A DNA stretch of 64,000 nt from an uncultured Thermoleophilaceae bacterium. GTDB taxonomy: Bacteria > Actinomycetota > Thermoleophilia > Solirubrobacterales > Thermoleophilaceae. Position numbers and translations under genes: made by a program. Numbering within the stretch: position 1 is the stretch's first letter; each line of letters begins with the position of its first letter. Where the stretch lies: the NCBI GenBank assembly GCA_963715995.1, contig OY970283.1, positions 2,866,411 through 2,930,410 on the forward strand, written 5' to 3'. Positions 56,250 to 64,000 of the stretch are shown in pieces. Below the pieces are notes generated by a model. The model was not told the origin of the DNA and did no database searches. It saw nothing but the letters and a program-made list of their open reading frames with translations.

Positions 56250-56398
56250 CGGCGCCTAAGCACTGGGGACGGTCCCAGAGCACGGGGGAACCATTGCGGT
56301 CTGTGGCCTGCCAGCCTGGACCGCGGGGGCGAATCGAGCGCATTGCCGCGCTCGTAGGGACCTTGGTCCCGAGCCCGACAGCTCACCTCGTCGGCGCC
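56250..56398 (+). promoter_or_regulatory. c-di-AMP riboswitch (ydaO-yuaA class) in the 5' leader of the RlpA-like gene
   Basis: P1 CGGCGCC (56250) pairs with GGCGCCG (56392). Conserved blocks are GAGCACGGGGGAACCA, CGCGGGGGCGAATC and GUAGGGA...CCCGAGCCCGACAGCUCACCUCGUCGGCG. They match the B. subtilis ydaO blocks as I recall them. Confidence 0.75.
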
Positions 56399-56411
56399 GA
56401 TTCAACACAAC

Positions 56412-56861
56412 ATGTTTCGACCGAGCGCGACAATCGCTGCGCTCACGGCGGCCGTTCTCGCGGCTTCCGTGACGCTCCCCGCCGCGGCGTCCACCCCGAC
56501 GTCCACCGGCGGCACCTCGCCGACCCCTGCTGCGAGCGGCGACACGAGCTCGCAGTCGGCCCAGGCCGCCTCGGCCGACTACCGCCCGGCGCGGGCCACC
56601 TGGTACGGCCCCGGCCTATACGGAAACCGCCTGGCGTGTGGCGGAAAGCTCACGCACAGCACCCTCGGCGTCGCCCACAAGAGCCTGCCATGCGGCACGA
56701 AGGTCGCGCTCAAGTACCACGGCCGGACCATCGTGGTCCCCGTGGTCGATCGCGGCCCATACGCGCGCGGGGTGAGCTATGACCTCACCGAAGCCACGGC
56801 CCGCCGCCTCGGCATGACCGAGACGAGCCGCGTGGCCGCTGCACCGCTCGACGACAACTGA
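56412..56861 (+). CDS. secreted RlpA-like double-psi beta-barrel (DPBB) cell-wall protein
   Basis: Signal peptide, Thr/Ser/Pro linker, then ATWYGPGLYGNRLACGGKL...HKSLPCGTKVAL...VVPVVDRGPY...DLTEATARRLG. Confidence 0.8.
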   Translation: MFRPSATIAALTAAVLAASVTLPAAASTPTSTGGTSPTPAASGDTSSQSAQAASADYRPARATWYGPGLYGNRLACGGKLTHSTLGVAHKSLPCGTKVALKYHGRTIVVPVVDRGPYARGVSYDLTEATARRLGMTETSRVAAAPLDDN

Positions 56862-56901
56862 GCGGGCTACTACTACCTAAAAGCGAGTATCACCCGGGCT
56901 A

Positions 56902-56931
56902 GTGACATCGTGTCCCATGAGGGGGTAGTCT
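56902..56931 (+). promoter_or_regulatory. candidate sigma-70-type promoter giving a leaderless mRNA for the response regulator
   Basis: GTGACA (56902-56907), 18 nt spacer, TAGTCT (56926-56931). The ATG at 56938 lies 6 nt after the -10, and no Shine-Dalgarno is visible. Confidence 0.3.
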
Positions 56932-56937
56932 GAACAC

Positions 56938-57558
56938 ATGGCTGCAACCACGCTTCGTGTGTTGGTGGTGGACGAGCATCCGGTTGTCCGTCAGGGCGTC
57001 CGGGCACTGCTGGAACACGGACTCGCCGGAGCCGAGGTGACCGACGCGTCGAGCCTCCAAGGAGCGCTCGACGACATGGGCGGCAGTCAGCCGGACGTGA
57101 CCATCGTCGACCCCTGGCGGGCCGGCGGTGACCTCGAATCCGTGCTCTCGACGCTGACGAGCAAGTTCGGCTCCGCGATCGTGGTCTTCACCGCCGACGG
57201 CGGCGCACGTCTGCTCTCGGACGCGCTGAAGGCGGGCGTCAAGGGCTACGTGCGCAAGGACTCGCCGGGCGAGGACCTCGTCCGCGCGATCCAGGCTGCG
57301 CGCGACGGCGACTTCTACGTCGACCCCGCGCTGTCCTCGACGATCGTGCTCGACGACGGCGACAAGACGCTCAGCGACCGCCAGCGCGAGATCCTCCAGA
57401 TGCTCGCCGACGGGATGCAGACCGACGCTGTGGCCACCAAGCTCGGCCTCTCCACCGAGACGGTGCGCACGCACACCAAGCGCATCCTGGCCAAGCTCGG
57501 GGCGGACACACGCACCCAGGCTGTGGCCATCGGCATCCGCACCGGCCTGATCGAATAA
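56938..57558 (+). CDS. orphan NarL/FixJ (LuxR-type) response regulator
   Basis: Receiver domain (VLVVDEHP, TIVD, KAGVKGYVRK) plus C-terminal HTH LSDRQREILQMLADGMQTDAVATKLGLSTETVRTHTKRILAKLG. No kinase gene adjacent. Confidence 0.85.
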   Translation: MAATTLRVLVVDEHPVVRQGVRALLEHGLAGAEVTDASSLQGALDDMGGSQPDVTIVDPWRAGGDLESVLSTLTSKFGSAIVVFTADGGARLLSDALKAGVKGYVRKDSPGEDLVRAIQAARDGDFYVDPALSSTIVLDDGDKTLSDRQREILQMLADGMQTDAVATKLGLSTETVRTHTKRILAKLGADTRTQAVAIGIRTGLIE

Positions 57559-57615
57559 GCCGGCCGGCCGACGCGTGGAGATTGAACTCCTGTGACGGGC
57601 GGGTAAGTTCCCCCC

Positions 57616-58305
57616 GTGCGCCAGCGCGACCCGCGCAAGCTGCTGCCGGCCAACCGGCCGCTGCCCGCCCGCGTGAAGATCGTGCACGTTCCGGAGCAGG
57701 GCTACGAGCCCGACGGCAGCGTCACGACACGCCAGGAGGCTGAGCTCACGCTCCCGCGTGAGACGCTCGACCGACTCTGGACATCGGTCAACCTGGAGAA
57801 CCTCGCCCGCACCTATTGGGCCTATCTCACGCGTTTCTTCCTCGGTCTGCTGAAGGTGCGCTACGGCGAGGACTGCCGCGAGATCGTCGCACTCGGCTTC
57901 ATCGTCCTGCTGCGCTTCCACAAGCCGGAGTACGAGACGAGCGAGACGCGTGGGTGCGTGACCTGGCGGATCAACAAGGGCTTCCTGGTCGCACCCGGCG
58001 GCCGTGACAAGGGCCACCTGCGCATCTGCGTCGAGCGCCAGGAGAGCAAGAGCGACTCCGACGACGTCAGCGTGCTCGTGTCCTCTGAGGTCGGCGCGTT
58101 CGTGCCGACGCTCACCTTCACCGGCTTACGCGCCCTCAGCGGCTTCGGGCGCTGGTTCTACCGCCAGACCCAGCTGCGCGTCCACGTGATCGTCACGCAC
58201 GGCTTCCTGCGCTCGCTCGGCAACCTCGAGCTCCAGGAGTCGCAGATCGGATCGCTGCGCGTGTCGCCCCCGGGCGAGCCGACGGCGACCGAGCCGGTCG
58301 CCTAG
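57616..58305 (+). CDS. hypothetical protein
   Basis: 229-aa ORF ending in a 4-nt overlap with the convergent glpX. No recognised motifs. Confidence 0.5.
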   Translation: MRQRDPRKLLPANRPLPARVKIVHVPEQGYEPDGSVTTRQEAELTLPRETLDRLWTSVNLENLARTYWAYLTRFFLGLLKVRYGEDCREIVALGFIVLLRFHKPEYETSETRGCVTWRINKGFLVAPGGRDKGHLRICVERQESKSDSDDVSVLVSSEVGAFVPTLTFTGLRALSGFGRWFYRQTQLRVHVIVTHGFLRSLGNLELQESQIGSLRVSPPGEPTATEPVA

Positions 58306-59315
58306 CCCAGGCGAAGGTCGCCGACCAGCTGGCGCAGCTTCTCGCGATCGTGGCGCGCGCTGATGCGGCGCACGGTGCCAGAGCGCGAGCGCGTCACGAG
58401 CGACTCGGTGGTGGCTCCGCGCGGGCCTTCGTAGCGCACGCCCTGGAGCAGATCACCGTCCGTCACGCCGGTGCACGCGAAGAACTGGTTCTCGCCGCCG
58501 CAGAGGCGGTGCTTGTCGAGCACCTCGTCCAGGTCGTAGCCCTGCTCGATCGCGGCGTCGCGCTCCTCGTCGTTGCGCGGCCAGAGGCGGCCGATCATGC
58601 CGCCGCCCATCGCCTTGATCGCACACGCCGAGAGCACGCCCTCGGGGGTGCCGCCCACGCCGTAGAGCAGGTCGACCGGTGAGCCCTCGGTGGCCGCCAC
58701 CAGCGCGCCGGCCACGTCGCCGTGGAGGATGAAGCGGATGCGCGCGCCGGCCTCGCGGACCTCGCGGACGGCGTCGTCGTGGCGCGGGCGGTCGAGCATC
58801 ATCACCATCACGTCGCGGATGTCAGTGCCCTTCGCGTAGGCGACCTGGCGCAGCGTGTCCTTCAGCGAGCGCTCGAACGCGCCCTCGAGCACGTGCTCGA
58901 CGGACGGCGCGCAGACCATCTTCTCCATGTAGTAGATCGGCCCGGGGTTGAACATCGTGCCGCGCTCTGACAGCGCGATCGTGGCCAGCGCGCCCGGGAA
59001 TCCCTTCGCGCACAGCTCGGTACCCTCGAGCGGGTCGACGGCGATGTCGACCTCCGGCGGCGAGCCGTCGCCGATCTTCTCGCCGTTGTAGAGCATCGGG
59101 GCCTCGTCCTTCTCCCCCTCCCCGATCACGACCAGCCCGTCCATGCGCACGGTGTCGAGCATCAGTCGCATCGCGTCGACGGCGGCCTGATCGGCGGCCT
59201 CCTTCTCGCCGCGCCCGATCCAGCGTGCCGCGGCGAGCGCCGCGTACTCGGTTGTCCGTACGAGCTCGAGCGCGAGGTTGCGGTCGACAGCCGCGCGCTG
59301 CTCGGTCGCGCTCAA
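58302..59315 (-). CDS. glpX: class II fructose-1,6-bisphosphatase
   Basis: LELVRTTEYAALAAARWIGRGEK..AVDAMR...VIGEGEKDEAPML...DIAVDPLEGT...ACTGVTDGDLL. TTG 59315 in a TTGA overlap with the upstream stop. Confidence 0.88.
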   Translation of the reverse strand: MSATEQRAAVDRNLALELVRTTEYAALAAARWIGRGEKEAADQAAVDAMRLMLDTVRMDGLVVIGEGEKDEAPMLYNGEKIGDGSPPEVDIAVDPLEGTELCAKGFPGALATIALSERGTMFNPGPIYYMEKMVCAPSVEHVLEGAFERSLKDTLRQVAYAKGTDIRDVMVMMLDRPRHDDAVREVREAGARIRFILHGDVAGALVAATEGSPVDLLYGVGGTPEGVLSACAIKAMGGGMIGRLWPRNDEERDAAIEQGYDLDEVLDKHRLCGGENQFFACTGVTDGDLLQGVRYEGPRGATTESLVTRSRSGTVRRISARHDREKLRQLVGDLRLG

Positions 59316-60211
59316 AGCACGCCCGGCGGCTTGCGGTCGCGCGCCTGCTCGGCCTGGCGCAGCACGCCGGCCGCGCAGATCCCGGCCGCGCCGAGCAAGC
59401 CGATGAACCAGCCGAGCTTGAGCGAGATCTCCGAGTCCGGCCCGCCGGGCTTCCCGAGGATGATCCCGTTCAGGAAGATCAGGACGAACGCCGTCATCCC
59501 GACGATCATCGTCACCTCGCCGGGGCGCCAGGTGAGCGCGTGGCCGCGCGCGATGATCCAGCCGAGGATGAAGGGCGCGCTGCAAGCCGCGACCAGCAGG
59601 ATGTCAAGCAGCTTGAAGGTGGCGAAGGCATCGAAGGTGCCGCGGTGGCCGTTGATGTTCGCGTTCGGGTTGGCGCTCGTGCCGTACCACTTCAGGAACA
59701 TCGAGCCGAACAGAACCGCCGAGCCGGCGAAGCCGTAGTACTCGCCCGGCAGCCAGAGCGAGAAGTCCAGCTTGAACTTCTCCGGCGGCCCCTTCTCCTC
59801 ACGCGCCGAGCGCGCACCGGCGCCGAAGGCGGCCAGGATGGCGCCGACGACGGCCGTGATCGCCACGAGCACGATCGGCGGGTTGGGCAGCTTCGCCAGC
59901 GCATGGTCGCCCGTCAGCTGGTGCATCAGGACGATGCCGCCGCCGAAGAACGCGCCGCCGATGAAGCCGCGCACCGCCCCCTCGCGCCCGCTGCGGTGCT
60001 CGAAGCCTCCGACGTAGCCGCCGATTCCGGCGACCACCTGGAGCGCGATGTAGGCCGTCTTCGAGTGTCCGAGCACGTAGCCGCAGACCAGGCCGAAGAC
60101 GCCTGGGACGAGAACTACGAGGAGAAGGCGAAGCGCAAGCGGCCGATCCAGCAGGTAGACGGGACGCGTGAAGGTGTGCCGTTCCTCTCCCTGGACGGAC
60201 GAAGCCTCCAT
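59312..60211 (-). CDS. hypothetical polytopic membrane protein
   Basis: ATG 60211 (MEASSVQGE...). About 7 TM helices. The longer track ORF 59312..61078 is antisense to the SDR gene. Confidence 0.55.
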   Translation of the reverse strand: MEASSVQGEERHTFTRPVYLLDRPLALRLLLVVLVPGVFGLVCGYVLGHSKTAYIALQVVAGIGGYVGGFEHRSGREGAVRGFIGGAFFGGGIVLMHQLTGDHALAKLPNPPIVLVAITAVVGAILAAFGAGARSAREEKGPPEKFKLDFSLWLPGEYYGFAGSAVLFGSMFLKWYGTSANPNANINGHRGTFDAFATFKLLDILLVAACSAPFILGWIIARGHALTWRPGEVTMIVGMTAFVLIFLNGIILGKPGGPDSEISLKLGWFIGLLGAAGICAAGVLRQAEQARDRKPPGVL

Positions 60212-60250
60212 CGGGCCGGAAACGTACACCGTTTCGTACTGTCTCGCCGC

Positions 60251-60997
60251 ATGAAGATCGAAGGCTTGGGTGCACTTGTCGTCGGCGGCTCCTCCGGACT
60301 CGGCGCCGCCACCGCCGCCGCGCTGCGCGAGCGCGGCGCAAACGTGGTCATCGCCGACCTGAAACCGCCGCCGGAGGACGACGGCCTGGCGTTCTTCGAA
60401 ACGGACGTGCAGGACGAGGAGAAGGTCAAGGCAACCGTCGAGGGCGCGGTCGAAGCGCTCGGTGAGATGCGCTTCTGCGTCAACTGCGCCGGGGTCGGCT
60501 GGGCCGAGCGCACGATCGGCCGCGAGGGACCGGCCAACCCGCTGCCGTTCGAGATCACGCTCGGCGTGAACCTGATCGGCATGTACCGCGTGCTGCGTCA
60601 CGCGGCATGGGCGATGTCCACCAACGACCCGGACGAGGACGGGAACCGCGGCGCGTTCGTCATGACGGCGTCGATCGCCGCCTACGACGGTCAGATCGGG
60701 CAGACGGCCTATGCGGCCTCGAAGGCCGGCATCGTCGGCCTCACGCTGCCCGCCGCCCGCGACCTCGCACGCGTGGGCATCCGCGTCTGCACGATCGCGC
60801 CGGGCACCTTCGACACGCCGCTTCTGGCGGCGCTCCCCGAGGAAGCGCGCACCGCGCTCGGCGCAGCCATCCCCCACCCCTCGCGCCTCGGCCAGCCGCG
60901 CGAGTTCGCCCAGCTGGCGATCCAGATCGCCGAGAACCAGATGCTGAACGGCGAGACGATCCGCCTCGACGGCGCACTGCGGATGCCGCCCAAGTGA
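60251..60997 (+). CDS. SDR-family oxidoreductase (3-hydroxyacyl-CoA dehydrogenase type-2-like)
   Basis: VVGGSSGLGAATA (TGxxxGxG-type) and catalytic YAASKAG. ATG 60251. Confidence 0.8.
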   Translation: MKIEGLGALVVGGSSGLGAATAAALRERGANVVIADLKPPPEDDGLAFFETDVQDEEKVKATVEGAVEALGEMRFCVNCAGVGWAERTIGREGPANPLPFEITLGVNLIGMYRVLRHAAWAMSTNDPDEDGNRGAFVMTASIAAYDGQIGQTAYAASKAGIVGLTLPAARDLARVGIRVCTIAPGTFDTPLLAALPEEARTALGAAIPHPSRLGQPREFAQLAIQIAENQMLNGETIRLDGALRMPPK

Positions 60998-61908
60998 GGG
61001 CCGCCCTGATCCAGACGATCGGCGAGCCGCCGGTTGTCGGCGACGTGCCCGAGCCCGAGCGCGGCAAGGGGCAGGCACTGATCGAGGTGACGGCCGCGGC
61101 CGTCAACCCCATTGACATCTCGATTTCCACCGGCCGCTTCTACGGCGGCTCGCCCGACGTGCCGTACGTGATGGGCCGCGAGGCCGTTGGCCGCGTGATC
61201 GAGGGCGACTCGCTCGAGCCCGGCACCGAGGTGTGGTTCCAGCCGGTCGGCGGCGCGTTCGCCGAGCGCGCGCTGGCCGACGAGCAGCAGGCGATCCCGC
61301 TGCCCGGCGGCACCGACCACGAGCTCGCGGCAGCACTCGGCATCGCCGGCCTGACCGGGTGGCTGGCCGTTGAGTGGCGCGCGAAGGTCACCGGCGGCGA
61401 GAACGTGCTCGTGCTGGGCGCCACCGGCGTGGTCGGGCTGGTCGCGGTTCAGGCGGCAAAGGCGCTCGGCGCCGCCCACATCGTCGCTGCCGGCCGTGAC
61501 GCCGACGCGCTGGAGGCGGCCCGCGAGGCGGGCGCCGACGCGGTCGCGCCGCTCGGCGACGGCTTCGCCGAAGCCGCACCGGGCCCGTTCGACGTGATCA
61601 TCGATCCGCTCTGGGGCGAGGCCCTCGAAGCGGCGATCCCTGCAGCCGCCCGCTTCGCCCGGATCGTGCAGCTGGGCCAGTCAGCCGGGCCTGAGGCGAC
61701 GCTGCGCTCGGGCGACGTCCGCGGCAAGTCGTTGTCGATTCTGGGCTTCACGCTCGGCCACGTGCCGCAGGAGGTCATGAGCGCCGCGTATCCGAGGCTG
61801 CTGGCGGACGTGAAGGTCGGTTACGAGGCGATTCCGCTCGACTCGGCAGCCGACGCTTGGCGACGCCAACAGGACTCTCCGCACAGAAAACTCGTCCTCG
61901 TCCCGTAG
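60994..61908 (+). CDS. MDR-family (quinone oxidoreductase/zinc-type ADH-like) protein
   Basis: AAAVNPIDI and NAD motif VLVLGATGVVGLVAVQ. GTG 60994 in a GTGA overlap with the SDR stop. Confidence 0.7.
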   Translation: MRAALIQTIGEPPVVGDVPEPERGKGQALIEVTAAAVNPIDISISTGRFYGGSPDVPYVMGREAVGRVIEGDSLEPGTEVWFQPVGGAFAERALADEQQAIPLPGGTDHELAAALGIAGLTGWLAVEWRAKVTGGENVLVLGATGVVGLVAVQAAKALGAAHIVAAGRDADALEAAREAGADAVAPLGDGFAEAAPGPFDVIIDPLWGEALEAAIPAAARFARIVQLGQSAGPEATLRSGDVRGKSLSILGFTLGHVPQEVMSAAYPRLLADVKVGYEAIPLDSAADAWRRQQDSPHRKLVLVP

Positions 61909-61945
61909 GCTCACGCCGCCGCCAGACCACAAGGAGACCTTTCGC

Positions 61946-63166
61946 ATGCCTGAAGCAGTCATCGTCGACGCCATCCGCAGCCCGATCGGGCGCGCCTTCA
62001 AGGGATCGCTCACCGGCATCCGCCCGGACGATCTCGGCGCGTACGTCGTGGATGCCCTGCTCGACCGCAACCCCGACGTCGACCCCGGATCGGTTGACGA
62101 CCTGATCTGCGGCTGCGGGCTTCCGCAGGGCGAGCAGAGCTACAACATCGGCCGCGCTATCTCGATGCTCTCGCGCCTGCCCGTGCACGTGACCGGCGCG
62201 ACGGTTGCGCGCTACTGCGCGTCGAGCCTGAACGCGATCGCGATCGCGGCCGATGCGATCAAGGCCGGCAACGCCGACACCTACATCGCGGCAGGCGTTG
62301 AGCACGTCTCGCGCGTGGGCATGTGGTCCGAGGACGGACTTCCCCAGCTGTTCGGCGCGCTCAAGGCGAATGCCCCGGAAGCCATGCAGGACCAGATCCC
62401 GATGCCCGACTGGAAGAACCCGAAGCTGAACGGCGAGGACGGGCGCCCCGACCTCTACATCGCGATGGGACAGACCGCCGAGAACGTGGCCGAGAAGTAC
62501 GACGTCAAGCGCGAGGACATGGACCACTACGCGCAGCGCTCACAGGAGCTGGCGGTCCAGTCGCAGGAGTCGGGCTTCTTCGACAACGAGATCGTGTCGA
62601 TCGAGGTCGGCGAGACGAACGTGTCGAAGGACGACGGCCCGCGCGCGAGCTCGACCTACGAGAAGCTGGCCGAGCTGAAGCCCGCCTTCCGCGAGAACGG
62701 CCGCGTGACCGCTGGCAACTCGTGCCCGCTGAACGACGGCGCGGCCGCAGTGCTGCTGACTTCTGACGCGCGCGCACAGGAGCTGGGGCTGAAGCCGCGG
62801 GCACGCGTTCTGGGCTGGGCCACCGGTGGCCTGGAGCCGGAGCTGATGGGCGTGGCGCCGATCGAGGCCGTGCGCAACGTGCTCAAGAAGGTCGGCATGA
62901 CGATGGCGGACATCGACGTGGTCGAGCTGAACGAGGCGTTCGCGGCCCAGGTGATCCCGATCATGGACGAGTGCGACATCCCGCTCGAGAAGCTGAACAC
63001 ACACGGCGGGGCGATCGCGCTCGGCCACCCGTTCGGCATGACCGGGGCGCGGATCATGTCGACCCTGCTGAACGTGATGCAGACCGACGACAAGCAGATT
63101 GGCCTGGAGACGATGTGCGTCGCAGGCGGCCAGGGCTTCGCCATGGTCGTCGAGCGAATCAACTGA
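61946..63166 (+). CDS. acetyl-CoA C-acyltransferase (thiolase I/FadA-like)
   Basis: IVDAIRSPIGRAFKG, active-site VARYCASSLNA, NTHGGAIALGHPFGMTGAR and MCVAGGQG. Confidence 0.9.
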   Translation: MPEAVIVDAIRSPIGRAFKGSLTGIRPDDLGAYVVDALLDRNPDVDPGSVDDLICGCGLPQGEQSYNIGRAISMLSRLPVHVTGATVARYCASSLNAIAIAADAIKAGNADTYIAAGVEHVSRVGMWSEDGLPQLFGALKANAPEAMQDQIPMPDWKNPKLNGEDGRPDLYIAMGQTAENVAEKYDVKREDMDHYAQRSQELAVQSQESGFFDNEIVSIEVGETNVSKDDGPRASSTYEKLAELKPAFRENGRVTAGNSCPLNDGAAAVLLTSDARAQELGLKPRARVLGWATGGLEPELMGVAPIEAVRNVLKKVGMTMADIDVVELNEAFAAQVIPIMDECDIPLEKLNTHGGAIALGHPFGMTGARIMSTLLNVMQTDDKQIGLETMCVAGGQGFAMVVERIN

Positions 63167-63237
63167 GAATGGCCTAGGCGGACAGCCCTCGATCTGTACC
63201 ATCCGGCGTCGCCCGTCGCGCCTGGGGGCCCCTTTCT

Positions 63238-64000
63238 GTGAACACGTCAAACACCGCCCAATCCGAGGGGCCGTCCGGCTACCCGCAAGCAGCGACACTC
63301 GAGTTCCGTGAGGTCGTGAAGCGCTATCGCGGGCAGGAGCGCCCAGCGGTGGACCACCTGTCGTTCGAGGTGCCGGCCGGCGACATCTGCGTGCTGGTCG
63401 GACCCTCCGGCTGCGGCAAGACGACGGCCATGCGGATGGTCAACCGCATGATCGAGATCACCGAGGGCGACATCCTGCTCGACGGCAAATCGGTACGCGG
63501 CCGCAAGCCGCCCGAGCTGCGGCGCGAGATCGGCTACGTGATCCAGCAGGTCGGCCTGTTCCCGCACCAGACGATCGGCGAGAACGTGGCGACGGTGCCG
63601 AAGCTGCTCGGCTGGGACAAGCACCGGATCCGCGACCGCGTCGACGAGCTGCTCGATCTGGTCGCACTCGACCCCGGTGAGTACCGCGAGCGCTACCCCG
63701 CCGAGCTCTCCGGCGGCCAGCGCCAGCGCGTCGGCGTCGCGCGTGCGCTCGCCTGCGACCCGCCGCTGATGCTGATGGACGAGCCGTTCGGCGCGATCGA
63801 CCCGATCAACCGCGGGCGCCTCCAGAACCAGTTCCTCAGGCTTCAGGAGCAGATCCGCAAGACCGTCGTGTTCGTAACGCATGACATCGACGAGGCACTG
63901 AAGATGGGTGACCGGATCGCGATCATGAAGGAGGGCGGCGTGCTGGCCCAGTACGCCACGCCGCAGGAGCTGCTCGAGTCGCCGGCCGACGAATTCGTCG
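63238..64000 (+). CDS. ABC transporter ATP-binding protein (glycine-betaine/osmoprotectant OpuA/OpuC type), 3' end beyond window
   Basis: Not in ORF track (open at edge). My translation from GTG 63238 gives ...LVGPSGCGKTT..., YVIQQVGLFPH, LSGGQRQRVGVARAL, LLMDEPFGAIDP. Confidence 0.8.
   Translation, partial: MNTSNTAQSEGPSGYPQAATLEFREVVKRYRGQERPAVDHLSFEVPAGDICVLVGPSGCGKTTAMRMVNRMIEITEGDILLDGKSVRGRKPPELRREIGYVIQQVGLFPHQTIGENVATVPKLLGWDKHRIRDRVDELLDLVALDPGEYRERYPAELSGGQRQRVGVARALACDPPLMLMDEPFGAIDPINRGRLQNQFLRLQEQIRKTVVFVTHDIDEALKMGDRIAIMKEGGVLAQYATPQELLESPADEFV

Noticed and set aside
56294-56782. 162-aa ORF spanning the rpoD-rlpA gap
   Set aside because: It covers the ydaO riboswitch and then runs out of frame through the RlpA-like gene. 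Its Arg/Pro/Gly-rich product has no motifs.

Overview
High-GC (about 70% by eye, not computed), gene-dense chromosomal segment. It looks actinobacterial; this is an inference from a ydaO-type riboswitch ahead of a cell-wall hydrolase, an MGLP-like GH57/methyltransferase cluster, a leaderless-looking promoter and frequent 4-nt start/stop overlaps. I can support about 60 protein-coding genes, mostly core functions. They include the rpmE / DUF1385 / prfA / prmC / tsaC translation cluster, gpsA, and etfB-etfA-ETF:quinone oxidoreductase. A split ICM-type B12 acyl-CoA mutase has its small subunit, large subunit and MeaB-like GTPase spread over 22 kb. Other genes are two thiolases, an acyl-CoA dehydrogenase, SDR/MDR oxidoreductases, c-di-GMP enzymes, pepA, a PlsC-like acyltransferase plus patatin, and a MacB-type ABC exporter. 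Also present are GH57 with two SAM methyltransferases and an acetyltransferase, hisC, ggt, parA-ftsZ, two ArsA/Get3-like ATPases, AIM24-pilT-rpoD and glpX. I found no rRNA, tRNA, CRISPR, transposase, integrase or recognisable defence island. Most long track ORFs lying antisense to these genes are GC-driven shadow ORFs. Five things are not explained by the gene list. (1) A roughly 0.5 kb composite, hairpin-rich intergenic element occurs three times (31245-31745, 52446-52997, and inverted/truncated at 44113-44296), with conserved end modules, sequence-variable but structure-conserved hairpins and G-rich minisatellites. (2) ftsZ lies outside a dcw context, is translationally coupled to an orphan parA, and carries a roughly 100-aa N-terminal extension whose tip resembles the ParA-interacting peptide of ParB. 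(3) Two +1 nt frame interruptions occur in otherwise intact genes. (4) A c-di-AMP (ydaO) riboswitch is present. (5) A 57-aa CsbD ORF falls below the ORF-track cutoff. All family calls come from motif recognition by eye; no database search or folding program was run.
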